Positions 50,705-64,000 of a stretch of 64,000 nt of DNA are shown here, one piece after another. The stretch comes from Eledone cirrhosa. Lineage: Eukaryota. The stretch spans positions 77,438,001 to 77,502,000 of the forward strand of contig OZ024745.1 of NCBI GenBank assembly GCA_964016885.1, written 5' to 3'. The notes beneath the pieces were generated by a model. The model saw only the letters and a program-made list of their open reading frames with translations. It was not told where the DNA came from and made no database searches. Within the stretch, counting starts at the first letter, position 1. Each line of letters begins with the position of its first letter. A program made the translations under genes and the position numbers.

Positions 50705-50925
50705 GGGTGGTGGATTAGCAAAATTGTTAGTGCATCTGATGAAATGCATTGCAGTATTTCGTTAAAGCCTTTTAAATTCTAGTTTCAAATCTCATCGAAG
50801 TCAACTTTTTCTTTCATTCATCCAGGGCCAATGAAGTAAAATACCAGTAAAGCACTTGGGTTATTGTAATCACCCCCCCCCCCCAACCTAAAAAAATTGT
50901 TGGCCTTGTGCCTGAATTAGAAAAT
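50705..50925 (+). mobile_element. Diverged SINE family 1 copy
   Basis: GTTTCAAATCTC, CTTTCATTC..AATACCAGTAA, TGGCCTTGTGCC. Confidence 0.65.
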
Positions 50926-52302
50926 TAGAAGCCATGTTTAGTGTCAAGAAGGGAATTTAGCTGTAAAACACAGATTCAAAAATCCCCATCAAACCCATAC
51001 CAGCAAGGAAAAGGGGTATAAAAATGACCACAAATGTCATCCCCCTCCTTATCATCATCATCATCATAATCAAAGGCACTACCAACATCTCTACCATCAC
51101 TATCATTATGATAATAGTAGTAGTAATAATAATGCTCTTGAAAAACTTATGAAAGTCATAATCTCCTTTTGTCTTGCTTATAAAACTGGGACCTTGTTTC
51201 ATTATAAGAAATCAATATTATAGTCATGATAATCAAAGGAATAGATTGTTCTCCTTCTGTAAATATGTGAACTATACTTGATTATAATTAAGAAATTTAT
51301 TATTGCATTTTGAGAGTGGAATGGTTGATCATCGATTTGTAGACAATCACTGCCAATGTGTTGTATTTGTGTGCAAAATACATAATTCGCAACGTCTGAG
51401 TTCAACTGCCTCTAAAATTGGTATTAGAAAGTAGTATACTTTATCAGTGTAAACAGCTGTAACCCAGTGAAAATGATAAGTGTTTCTTTAGATTGCATTG
51501 CTCAGTTCAAATTTTTCAATGAGTATGAGAAAACAATGAGAAACAACTCCAGTGTATTCAACCTAGGAATCATTATGTGGAGAATAGATGTTTCAGTGTT
51601 GTGCCCCACTAATCAAATATGATTATGATTAGACAAAATCCCTTGTAACAAAATATATATGTTAAAATGTGAGGTCAGTTTATATTTGAGACCATTATTT
51701 TGCTGATTTTCACCAATTTCATTATCTATGTAAAAAGAAGGTACCAAAGTACCTGGAGTGCTATGGATGCATACTTTTGGTAATTTCTGCGAGTGAGAAT
51801 GACAATATTTTCAAACTTTAATCATCTTAATCATTGTGTACATTTTTGGAAATTATATCTACAAAATATGCAGTTTTAGGGAGGTTGCGAGAAAACAAAT
51901 TGAGCTGGATGTAGTAGACTGTAGTTATGCACATATATATATCTTGTCCATTGGAACACATTATATTATTTATCTATGTTCATACATGGAACAAAAGCAC
52001 TACCTAAGGTTTCAAGGCCCAATATTAACTATATCTCCAGATTGTAATATTTTGTGGGTTGATTAAGGGACACACTGATATTACTGTCCCGCCTGTAAAA
52101 TATGGCTATTTTTTTTTGTTTAATGGAGGAAGAGTAGCGCCCATGACACTTTTTAGAGCCTTTTGGACTAGTTTAGGAAGGAGGAAGTTATCTTCAGATC
52201 AGAGACCTGGCTTGATCTCTTGTAACAGAATGTATTCTCTTACGGGCGCCCAGGAGTTAGGTGGCAGTGTTAAACTGGGTGCCAGATTATTGTTTACATT
52301 AA

Positions 52303-52533
52303 CCCTTTTGTTACTATATTTCTATGATTTTCAAATAATTTTCAAAGTAATCAAGGATTTGGAGAAGTTTAGTATTGTAACTAACTTTCTCATTATTAAG
52401 CTGGTGTTTGGAGCATAACGTAACAAAGATTATTATATAAAATCATGATGGAAGGTTTTTAGACAAATTTAAACATTTTAAAACAGTTTTGTATCACCAG
52501 GGGGTGTTTCCAGGTGGGTTGGTATCAAAAGGG
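52303..52533. mobile_element. TTAA-flanked piggyBac-type MITE, second family
   Basis: TTAA CCCTTTTGTTAC ... GTATCAAAAGGG TTAA; decayed relatives near 1710-1930 and 14570-14770. Confidence 0.75.
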
Positions 52534-52705
52534 TTAAAAAAACAACTTATGTTGCTATGTCTGCAAGGAATTACGTTTCAACAGCTGTGTCTGTCTTTTT
52601 ACTTTAAAACATCATCTGCTCATTTTTTATTTGTGCCTTTTGTTAAGCAAGTTTGTATGAATACAAATGAGCAGTTAGGATTTGAAAACTAAATGACCAG
52701 TCCTG

Positions 52706-52761
52706 TAAAGTAGATACTCTCTTATCACCTGCTTAAAGTAGATACTCTCTTATCACCTGTT
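52706..52761. repeat. 28-bp tandem duplication
   Basis: TAAAGTAGATACTCTCTTATCACCTG twice. Confidence 0.9.
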
Positions 52762-53417
52762 TAAAAATTATCCTTGCAGCCATATTCTGTCTTGTTTTCT
52801 GTAAGCCCTTAACATTATGGATTACTGTAAACTTTTACTAGCATCTGTTTATATGAGATTTTATTTTATTTGTTATATTGAATTTTAAAAAAAAATTAAT
52901 AAATATATATTTTGTATTTTACTTCTAAATTAAATGGGATCTGTTGACAAAATAATTATTGGTGTTATATTAAATACTAATATTTGCTACATTTTCCTTA
53001 AATTAATTACTATTGCACTCTCAAATGATCATATTCAATATTATTAAATGAATTAGATGGCAAAGAACACCATTGCCATTATTGATTAATTGATCTCTCT
53101 CTTCTTTCAAATTGATTTATGCATATTACAAACATATTTTCTAGTGGTTGAAGTATTTATTAACTAGACACTATTTCAATGAATGAGATTACTTGAACCA
53201 ATATTATTCTATCATATGTTTTTTCATTGTCTTCTATTATGTTTTCCTAGTATCATAGTCATATTAGTTATAGATTTCCGATGCAGTAGATTATTTATAA
53301 AAAAATTATCATTTTTAGTCTTTTTTAAACTTAAAAAAAAATATCTTGTTTTATTTTAATAGAAGTCTATAATTAGATTCTCTTTAAATGTTACAAAATA
53401 TACCTACAGAGATTTAA

Positions 53418-53620
53418 CCTTTTAGCATTTAAACTGGCCGTATTCAGCCAGAATTCTCTCACCACTTTTTGTTCAAACTGGCCATAACCGGCCGCTTATA
53501 CTATCGTTAAGGTATTGTTCTCAAAATAAATAATAACAGCATCAAAATCTCATAGATTTGATATTATGGGAGATAAAGCCTTTACCACAAAAATACAATA
53601 GTAATGTAAATGCTAAAGGG
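53418..53620. mobile_element. TTAA-flanked MITE, same family as 50128, opposite orientation
   Basis: TTAA CCTTTTAGCATTTA ... GTAAATGCTAAAGGG TTAA. Confidence 0.8.
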
Positions 53621-54579
53621 TTAAACCAATATCAGTCACTTCCAGTGCTGTAAGACATTGGAGTAAAAATACAGTAAGCTATTTTTTATGTCAGCTACAT
53701 ACCTTTCCTCTGTCTCTGTCTTATTTTACATTTATTGAAATTGATTTGAAATTTAATGATCTTTGATAATTCTATGTTCTATTCTTTGTTATAAGCAAAT
53801 GACTCAGAATAGAATGGTAAAGATGTAGACTAGAATATTTTTACTTAGAGGGCTATGTCCCTTATTACCTGAAATAATAGCGAGTTTTGAGAAAGAATTC
53901 AATATCTTGAAATAAAAGGTGTGATAAGGAAATCTTCCCCAAGAAAGTTTTGTCGAAATGTTACAAATGATCAAGTTTGCTAACAATGTTTTCATAATAA
54001 TCATAATAAATTTCCATGTATGGGTGTGCTTCTAGCTGATGATTACATTCTGTTTCTGCTCTGTTATCAGACTCATTGAAGAAAAGGAAATTACTATATA
54101 CATTGACATTGTAGTATTTCTTTAAGAAAAATACAAAAGACTGTAAGCTATTGTACTGAAATATATAATTAGACATGCAATAGTTTTTGTAATATTGATT
54201 TGTTACTTAGGTACAAGACAAAATGTTCAAGAAACTGACCTCTCTTCTCCCCAGTATATCATTAACATATCATGTTATTGAACTCGAATGCATGGAAAGT
54301 AAATAAATGTCATGTAGAAGACCAAATTTTTATTATATTTCTACCATTCTTACCATGTTTATCATTATTGCAATCATCATCATTATCATTAATGTTGTAT
54401 TATGCATCATATTTTCAATTTTGCATTCATTTCTACTTTTTAGATATTTCTTCTCTTGTTTTTTTCTTTTTTTTTTCTTGTTCATGTTCTCTGACTTGAT
54501 TACATCATTTAGAATGTCCCCTTGACCTTTTCCTGTTCCAGTTAGCCTAGATTCACTTCATATTTGTTTACCAGGTTGT

Positions 54580-56080
54580 CGCAACTGACTCTCAATGGCT
54601 CAGACAGTTCTACTCTTGCAGCTTTAACAACAAAACCACATCGAATACCTGGCAGAAGGCTACTGTCATAGGCTTTCCAAAACAAAACAAATCTGTAGAT
54701 GATCCAAAGAGGTACAGACCAACCTCCTTCAAACTCTTGGAACGACTTCTTCTAGCCAACCTAGAACCAATAGTTGACCCACTACTGCCAGATGAGCAAG
54801 TGCATTTTCGCCATGGCTGGAACACATTGCATCAAACCAAGCTGACCAATGACATTGAAGACAGCTTTGAAAAGGGCCACAAGGTTGACACTAGTTTAGT
54901 CAACCTCATCACAGCTTATGACACTGTGTGGGAATAGGGCCTAATCCTGAAGCTGCTAAAACAATTCCTGGCCATCATGTGGTGCAGTTCAACTGCAACA
55001 CCCTAACCAACTTAAGCTATGTCTTGAAGACCATTGAGGGACAGACCAGCAGATTGGGTCATCTCCATAATGGAGTCCCCCAAGGCTCGGTACTATCCCC
55101 AATGCTCTTCAACCTGCACATCAGTGACATATCCCAAACAATATCATGACAGTATGGCTATGCAGATGACCTTGCTCTTCTTCACTCCAATAGACTCTGG
55201 ACTAATTGGTCAGAGCATACTAACAGCAGACATGACCAACTGGCAACATATATTCAGACTTGGCAACATATTTCAAGCTGAGCATGGCAGAGACGACTGT
55301 AACAACATTCCACCTGAATACTGAAGAGGCCAATCACCAGCTCACAATTAACCTCAGTGGCACACCCCTTCCATATAACTCCACACTGACCTATTTTGGA
55401 GTGAAATTGAACTGACCTACAGAAAGCACCTTGATTCTTTAAGTGCAAAGGTGTCTATGAGGAACAACCTTCTATGCCACTTGGCAGACTTATCATAGGG
55501 TGCTGGCACATCCATCCTACTTAACAATGTCCTACCCTTGGTCTACAGCGTATGCCTCCCTTTTATGGTGCAGGAGCTCCCATACTAAGAAGCTAGAATG
55601 ACATCTTAAGGCCTTTCACTGGATGTCTTCGTCATACACCTTCTGAATATGTACATGTTCTCATGGGCATTACTCCTGCACTCCTTCCCAGAGAGCATCA
55701 CATTCACAGGTTGATAACAAAGGCCTCAATAGATCCAAGCCATCCTCTCCATCACATGGCTGAGGATTCTCAGCTACTAGATTGGCATGACACCGCTTGA
55801 TGTCACACTGCAGTACTCAAATTTCTAGCTGGCAAGACATTTTCAATTGGATTAACTGAATGTCAACCCCAATATAGCCCTACCACCAAGTTTTAACATC
55901 TCTCGGAGGGAGTGGGTGTCCCTGAATCAGCTACATAAAGGTGTTGACTGAATCAATGTACCACTGGGCGCTGCAGCCATCAACAGCTTGTTAGTGTGGC
56001 TCACTAGAGCAGATTGCAAAACACATAGTGAGTGAATGCCTGGATCTCCACCCACCTTAGAGTGTGGACCTCATCCATGA
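54580..56080 (+). pseudogene. Decayed Ingi/Vingi-like LINE RT
   Basis: PKRYRP, AYDTVW, NGVPQGSVLSPMLFNL, GYADDLAL, YFGVKL, RNNLL..LA...GA motifs; many stops. Confidence 0.75.
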
Positions 56081-56255
56081 AACTAATTAACTTAGCGGTT
56101 TTATCTACAAATTCGTTCACAAAGCATTGGTTGTTGCCAGGTACCATACAGTAGGATAAAACCCAAGATTATGTGGTTGCAAAGTGAACTTCTTAACCAC
56201 ACAGCCATGCTCATACATTCATTCATTCATACATACACAAATAGATACATATATA

Positions 56256-56393
56256 CCGATGAGTTTACAAAGAAATTGGGCATGTTTGGAAATTTGAAAT
56301 TTGTTTGCTTTCATTATGAAAAGTTGCCACAATTCATATAATGGAAAGCAAATGTGTTTTGAAACTTTCCCAATTTCTTCTTAAACTCATCAG
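56256..56393. mobile_element. Small Tc1/mariner-type MITE
   Basis: CCGATGAGTTTA..AAGAAATTGGG / CCCAATTTCTT..TAAACTCATCAG. Confidence 0.6.
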
Positions 56394-59300
56394 TTTATTT
56401 ACATTTCTAGTCAAGTGTTAAGACTTTCATTTAAGCAGAGAAAATTTGGTCAGATCACTTTAGTGTAGTGGATATCTCAGGCATTAAGTATATGGCAGGT
56501 GCCTAGTTCAATTTCTGCTGGCATCTCTATCCACCGTTTTTGTTTTCATGAGTAATTTACCCGACTTATTTGACTATTTTATAGTCATTATATGAATGCT
56601 GGAATCGATGGCATGGGTTGAATGGGATTTTTTGAGGCAGTGTTTTATGGATACACTTCCTGATGCAAACCCTTTTTGTCACTTAGTTCCCTTTTATTTC
56701 ATGCAATTTATGTAACAGTTTCCTGTGTAAACCAATATTAAAATATCGCACAAAATGGAATTTTGTTATTCAAGATTCTAAATTCTTTTCTATAACTTCA
56801 TGTTTTCTAATGATTAAGTTGCGCTCAGCATTTAGAATATTTTAGTTAAAATTTATCAGAAGGTCATAAATCATTTCTCATCTGTTTGTTTCAGTGTGTG
56901 TGTGTGATTGTGTGTATATACGTATGTGTGTGTATGTGTGTGTGTGTGTGGTGTACACTCAGAAATGCTTCAACCACTTGAATACATAAACGCTTGTCTA
57001 TTGCTTATGTTAACTTTTAATTACTAGGGAATTATATGGTGAACATACAGTGTGTGTGCTTGTGCATATATCTATATGTGTGTGTGTGTGTGTCTGTGCA
57101 CATGTTTTGTGTGTTATAATATATATAATGTATGTATGCCTATGCTTATTTATATGTGTGTGTGTGTTTGTATGTGTGTATATGTCTATATGCATGTATA
57201 TGTGTACATATTAAATCATATGAATACACATGTATCATGAATTTTTGTATGAGGTTATGATGTATCTTCTAGCATTGTGGTGTTCTTTTGTCTTTAAAAT
57301 CCTTTGAATGAATGAAAAAGAAAAGCACTTTTAGATTTTGCATGCTAGTGATGTGAGAAATAAAACACCTGTTTTGGATTTTTTCAGTTGGAAGCTCTTT
57401 GTCTTATACTCACAGCAGAGGATGAGCCATTCTATCAGCTGTGGAACCCAGCTGACACCCAGGGAGTGGGGGTTAATAAGTGAAATACATCTCATTACAC
57501 CTGATAATCCACTCCTATTCATTGTCAAATAAAATCAAATTAGCACAAAGAGTAGGGGCTTTCTTTTTATTTTTTTTAATACAATATTCGAAAGAAAAAT
57601 CATAGCTTGTGAAAAGGTTTGATCCTTACTGCAAACAACAGATGATACCATCTGCCACAGGTTGTTTTTGTTTTAATATGTATTTTCAGTATTGGCAAAC
57701 ATGTGATTTTCATGGCTTTCTTCTTGATTTATATTAAGTGCGATTGGTTACTGCATTTATTTCCTACCTACATTATGAATAATTAAGAAGCTTTGTATCT
57801 ATAGACAGCTTATGTTAATGGGATTGTGGGGTTTTTATAGTTAACTGTGTAAATGAAACTGTTCAGTTACTTACTAAGTTTGACCAGAGACACACCAGCT
57901 CTGTAATGATCTACAGCATTGTTGCATTTAGCATTGCTAAGAAATATCCTTGCTCATGCATAGTTGTTATCCTATTTTATGCTCACAGTTCTCAAAATGA
58001 GTTTGGTGTCTGTCACCTAGGTGTCATTATTACAAGTTAATAACTCCTAAGTGTACTTTAATATATTTTTAAATAATGTAGTTATCTTTATGCAGTGGAA
58101 ACTTATAGAACCTTATAACGATTATTCTGCATTAACATTTGGAACTTTTTTTTCTTTTTTAATTAGTTTTAATAACAATAATATATGGTAGTGATATTTA
58201 GTTTTGTAAAATTGTCTTAATCATGTACACTTAAAAATCATTAGATTTGAATTTACAAAATGTATCAAAAGAAGCCTCACTTACCAGCCTCAATTTCTTG
58301 GTAAAATAATTGAATCTCCATTTCGCTATATGGTTTATTTCTGCAATGATTGCTCAAGCAATGAAACATGGTTGCATTTTTTTTTGTCTTAAATTCCATG
58401 AAAGTATCTTTGTATGGTAATTTCTTTTATTTGTTGTAAAATCCACTACCTTCCATCCAGGATTCTTAGTTAAATATTTGTTTTCTTTTAGTTTCCTTTC
58501 TTTATATTTCTCATTTTTTTTATTTGCAAATTAGCTTTATTTTGATAAAAATTACTTTAGTTAATATTTTTGTTTAATAGTTTGGTGTTGGTTAAATTTT
58601 GTTCAGCTCTATTAATAATGATATATATATTTTTTAGTATTTATTACTTGATGTTGTTAATCACTGGGTGAAGAAACAAACAGATAGATGCTGTTGTTTC
58701 AAACTTCTCCACCAGAATGGCTTCTATGTGGATTGCCACTTGTTCTCAAAACAAAAGTTATGGAAGACAGTTGATGCAAAAAATATTATGTAATTGTTAA
58801 ATAAGTGATCTATTTCAATTCAGAAACAATGTGAAAAATTGAGCAGATTTTGTTATAACAGTATTCATGTATTGTTTCTCAACTTTGCTCCCATAGCCAA
58901 TTTCTCCCTCCTCAAAATACATTAGGACCCACCTGCTCATAGCATCATAAGGTCTGGAAATCTTTGTGTCTATTATGTATATGACAATAAGGTGGATTTA
59001 CAAAGTATTGTTCTCCAAAAATTTGCATAATAAGAGCTATCGAACAGGGGTTTCGAGGATGTTGGCCTACCTTTTGCATGAAAAAGCAGCTTTTCTAGCT
59101 TTTTCTTTCATTTATTTCTCAGATTAACCAAAGCCTAGCTCAAAATCAACAACAAAATCAGTAAAACAAAAAACAGAAGAATAAAATTTAAACACCTCAA
59201 TGGCCTATTTGCTTATTTTCTTCTGAATTAACTGCTGCCTCCACCTTTTTAGATTTGCTTAATCATCACTTATCTTTTCTCTTGCCATATAGCTAACTTT

Positions 59301-60590
59301 ATATGGATTCATGAAAAAATGTCAGTAACAGGGCTGATTTGCTAAAAGTTTTCAAAAATTAATATCTACACATAATATTCTGCCTAATCTGTTGGAGTTA
59401 AGTTGTATTATTATTTCAATTTTACGAGCTTCCTTATCAAATCAAGTTCAAAAATTCTTCTACTATGTTCTAATTTTGTTCTCTGCATATTTATTGCTCC
59501 TAACAACCTAAAACAAAACTCATGCAATCATGGAAAAAACAACTAGAATGATGATGATGATGATGTTGACAGATTTTTACTTATTTGACATAAATTAAAA
59601 ACCTTTACTAATCTCAACTTTTGCACAAATTCTTAAGAGCTAGTATCTTACTGTTAGATGTCTTACCTAAAAATAAGTGCTGTTTTTATTCATTCTCAAC
59701 TATTTGGAATGAAGCAAGCAATATGTTAATTTCAAAGACACATTGCAATAGTTGCAGTATTTGAACTCCCAACCACCCTAATCATTCATATGCTTCACAT
59801 CTAAATTTGTATGCCTCCAAGCTAACTGCTTCAATAAAAAGAATTGAATGTAAATATCTTGAAATAAATATAACATTCTATCATTTCATTAATTTTTTTT
59901 TATAAACTTTTAAAATGAAATGGTTATATTAGAAACATATTCTTGGATTCTTCAGTTGTCTCCCTTGAGTTTTTTTTTTTTTCTGCTTTTTACCACAACA
60001 CATTTCAGCTGCTTGCTATTGAAAAGTATTTTAAAAGACTCTTTTGTCTTCCAGGAGGCCATCTGTTGTTGACTTGCATCCACTAATGTTTGCTGTTTAG
60101 AACTTAGTGAGTCGGTTAATCTTAGCCTTTCAAATGCTACAACTTAAGCAAGATAAAACAAGAAGTGAAATCCCATCATACCTTTTGTTGCTTAGATTAA
60201 AAAGCAGGTGATGAAATGACCCATAAGATTAGTGTTATTGTTTTATTGCCTCCAGTTATCAACTTTCTAGAATACAGAAATGGTTTCTTACATAGTTATG
60301 AAGCCTTGATATTCCAGGATGAGAAATTGGCAATACTTTCCCATGTTATTATTATATTATTTTATTGATGAACAGTATTATTTTATCAGTTATACAAAGT
60401 ATCTGACCTCCTAATTCAACTAGGTTTATAAAGAATGTATCACTTGTTTTGTAAACCTTTGTAATTTATTAGTCATAAATGCTGGAATTGCAAATATATC
60501 TTTAGATATTTATATTTCAATATCTATATAGTCACTTATTTGATCACAAATACTCAGACATTCATATAGAAACATCAATGCAGCAAGAAG

Positions 60591-60870
60591 CTAACCATCA
60601 ATCCCATACTCCTGCAGAACTTTCCACAGCAGGTCCCAAGGAATGTGGTCATATGCCTTTTCAAGGTCTACAAAGCAAGAATATACCTGTTGGCTATACT
60701 CCCACAATTTCTCAAAGACCTGCCATACGGTGAATATTTGGTCAGCTGTGCTAAATCTGGGGTGAAAACCACACTGTTCGTCAGCTAGCTGGGACTCGAC
60801 AATTTCCCTGCATCTCTTTGCCAGGCACTTAGCATAGACTTTACCGGGGAGGCTTAACAAGGTTGAATTG
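60591..60870 (-). pseudogene. RTE-like RT fragment (distinct family)
   Basis: LSLPGKVYAK..EQCGF..STADQIF..CFVDLEKAYD..L.EYGI. Confidence 0.85.
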
Positions 60871-63800
60871 GTTGCTAAAAGTGCATTTCATCATCATCAT
60901 CCCTATCATTTAACATCTGTTTTTCCAGTTAGCAAGGACTGGACAGATCATTGCAGACTAAGTCAACACTTAATCGGACCCCCCAACCTCTCAGACTTTT
61001 CTGGATATGGGGGTGGGGTTTGCATCTTGTGTACATTCCACACTCCACAGATTGAGTCAGGTGCATTTTTTCATTGCACCAACACGATGATGCTTAGGGA
61101 TTGCTGGCTTAGGATGACCCAGACTTTGTTGAGCAAGAAGAAGAACCAGCAATACAGAGGTTATAATCTTTGACACAACTAAAGAGTCTTCTCAACCTTT
61201 AGTTTGGCAAGTTTTCTATGGCTGGATACATTTCATATCACTAATTACTTTACATGGTGTAAAGAGTGTGTTGGTGACACAACATTTTTGGCATGGTTTC
61301 AACATTTGGAAGCTCTTCCTATCACCAACCACATTACAGTATGTACAGGGTGTGTTTTATCATGGGAAGTTGTTGAGCACAGACTCAACGGGAGCTCTCC
61401 TTGCCCAAATGAGGGGATAGGGGATGGGAGGTAAGATCTCATGGTTAAGTGAAAATAGATGAGGAGGATAATAAGTATAATGTCAGGTGTATGACAGGTG
61501 TTAGGGAGTTTGAGCAGATGATGGAAAGAGAGGAGCTGGTGGTGGTGTTGGTCCTGGATCTTAGATAGGGTAGATGTGGCATTGTAATGATTAGAACATC
61601 TATTACTGGTATGTTAGAAATTAAAAGCAGGGATCCTAGAATGATTACTGAGAAGCACTGTTGGAGGTGGGGCATGGTTGAGTCAGGTTACATATTTATA
61701 CTGGTATGAGATTTGAACTCAGTGGGCAGAGAGCCAAATCGAATACCATAAAGTATTCTATCCAACATTCTAATGACTCTGCCAGTTTGCCACCTTATGT
61801 TGACAATAAGGCCAGGAAAATGATCCAAAATAGCAATGAGTAGGTTGTGCTAAAAAATAAATCTGCAGTTTCAGCTCAGCTAATGCTATTTTCATTAATT
61901 GAGCAGAACATTGAGCAAGCTTTATGAAATCTATCATGATCATTGTTTGTTTCGCATTCTTTCACATTCTTTTGGTGTTTTTCTGTCTCTTCATGCTTTA
62001 CTATTTGACAAGCTATCAGCTACCTCACAATTGCATTCTTTTTACTTAATTCCAACCACAGTGAAAAATGTCTCATCATTTAATATGTTTGACGGAACTT
62101 TTATTTCATAGAAAGTGAATTTCAGTTTTTTTTTCTGAGCAGTGTCATTTTCATCACTATCAGAATGATATTGTATATTCACTTTTTTTCTACTCATGAG
62201 GAGTTCAAAATGTTTCTCGAAAAAGCAAAACAGTTCAGATATTGAAAGATGACACCACCAAAGCACACTGCACGCCATGACACAACCACTTAAACTGAAC
62301 TGATACATGTTCCAAAAATTCATCTTGGTCTATCTATATTTAGATTTCCTTGCATATTGTCAGCAGAATCTATTCAAGTAAAACATCCACTGATTGATTG
62401 TGAGTGAATAGTGCATTATTATTGGATACCAGGATAATACAAAAGATGGTTGGCTACCAATTTGAAATAATATGCAGAAGAGTTATTGATGTCAAGTGAG
62501 ATCTGACAGGTAAATACATTTAATGGATAGCTTCTCGATGTTAAAGTTATCATAGCTGATAAACGGTAAATCTTTAAATGGTGAATTTAGAATATAAATT
62601 AGGTCAAATTCACAAAGCAAGTACAATCTCTAAAACGTACCAAAAAATCTGGATGTGATATCAAGCATATAGATAAGTCAAATTAAAGGTAAATAGTACC
62701 AAATTTGTATGAATATACTAACTTCGGCAGTGCTAATTTGGACCACTCTTATGGATAATAACTTTTGCAATATATAAACAAGTTTTCTGAATTAAGGAAC
62801 ATAAATAAGAATAAATGTTTTTTTTACTGGATAAGGAATAGTTAAATCAGTTACTTGCAGTATGAAACATCCAAGTGAATATAGTGAAAAGAATTGAGTA
62901 AGATGAATGAGGTAAAACATGTAATGCTAACTGGATTAAGTCAATTCAATCAATTGTTTTAAGAATAAATTAACTGCTTTGCTAATATAGAAATGAAGAT
63001 AGTTTAGTACTTTTTATGAACATTTTCTTTATCATATTTCTAATGAAATACACTACATTTGCATTATTTAACAGACATTTGGAGGGAATTACTTAATTCA
63101 TTAATTAATCCATTATTAAGATACTTTTTGTAACATAATTTAATAAAAGGTTCTTATAAAAGATTATGTTAGGTGGTTTCATAGCATCAGAAGCAGTTTT
63201 AAGCAGGTTGTTATTAAAAGGTTTAAGGAACTTTCAGGACTCCAGATAGAGTAAATAGAACTATGTCAATAGCTTGACTTAAATAGTTTCTCTATACAAA
63301 TCTAGCATGGATTTTTCCATAGCCTTCTCTGTCATAACCTATTAGTGTTCTTCTTTCATATTAGTCTACATCGCATTTGTATATAAGAGCACAGTTAAGA
63401 CTTGGAAGCAATGAAATTTATGGCAAATAGTAAATATATGCCAAGGTGTGGACATTAAAATATTGTGCAAGGTGGAAGGTGTTTGCTTTGATTAAAGATA
63501 TGCTTAAAGCACAACTGGACAAGACCCTGCATGCCAATCTCTTTAATTGTCATGAAATATATCTGAAGAAAATTTAGTATTGATTTATCAGCAATTTGAT
63601 ATAAATATAAACCAGAATAGTACATTAAAAAAAAATTATTATGATTAACTTTGTTGTGTAACAGCATTAGTGGCTTGCTTAATTATAAGAATAGATGATG
63701 CCTTTGACTGACAAGTACCAATTTTATAAAGTAACATGCATAAGTTAAATTGATTTGTTCATTAACTTTTATTGATGTAACAAAGTCTGATCTCCATACA

Positions 63801-64000
63801 CGGTATATAACTTTTCTCATTAATGTACAGGAGTCACTATTGTTGCTTATATGGTTTAACATTTTTTAGAGATGTTCATGTCTCATTGTTTCTGAAGCAC
63901 TACTGAAGACTTTGTCTTCATTATAGTGTACCTAGGACAAGTTGAACCTCCTAATTCGTGGAGGCAAAGTCCTCAAGTATGCCTTCCAGAGGGTCCTGTG

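Overview
AT-rich, repeat-dense eukaryotic (animal) non-coding DNA. The SINE families, (CAT)n-tailed RTE LINEs and huge (TA)n tracts suggest a cephalopod such as Octopus (inference from repeat style). No intact host gene is visible; there is one candidate 45-nt micro-exon at 7260-7304, so the window may be mostly one large intron. The flanks (1-14.8 kb and 49.3-64 kb) hold old SINEs, MITEs, a Helitron and decayed LINEs. The centre (about 16-49 kb) is a dense nest of younger insertions sitting in TA microsatellites: RTE LINEs with an embedded PHD-like finger, their partner SINE, a Tx1-like LINE, a deleted Tc1, and two coding Penelope-like (RT + GIY-YIG) families. The main discovery is about a dozen unrelated non-coding elements that share one architecture. 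They are fold-back (inverted-repeat) insertions from 35 bp to 1.9 kb with both 3' ends pointing outward and an extra unpaired tail on one arm. Many carry a readable type I hammerhead ribozyme (CUGANGA...GAAA...UH), often with a palindromic minimal stem III. These include an 882-bp-arm palindrome and a 418-bp tandem retrozyme-like repeat. All calls were made by eye; no database search was run.
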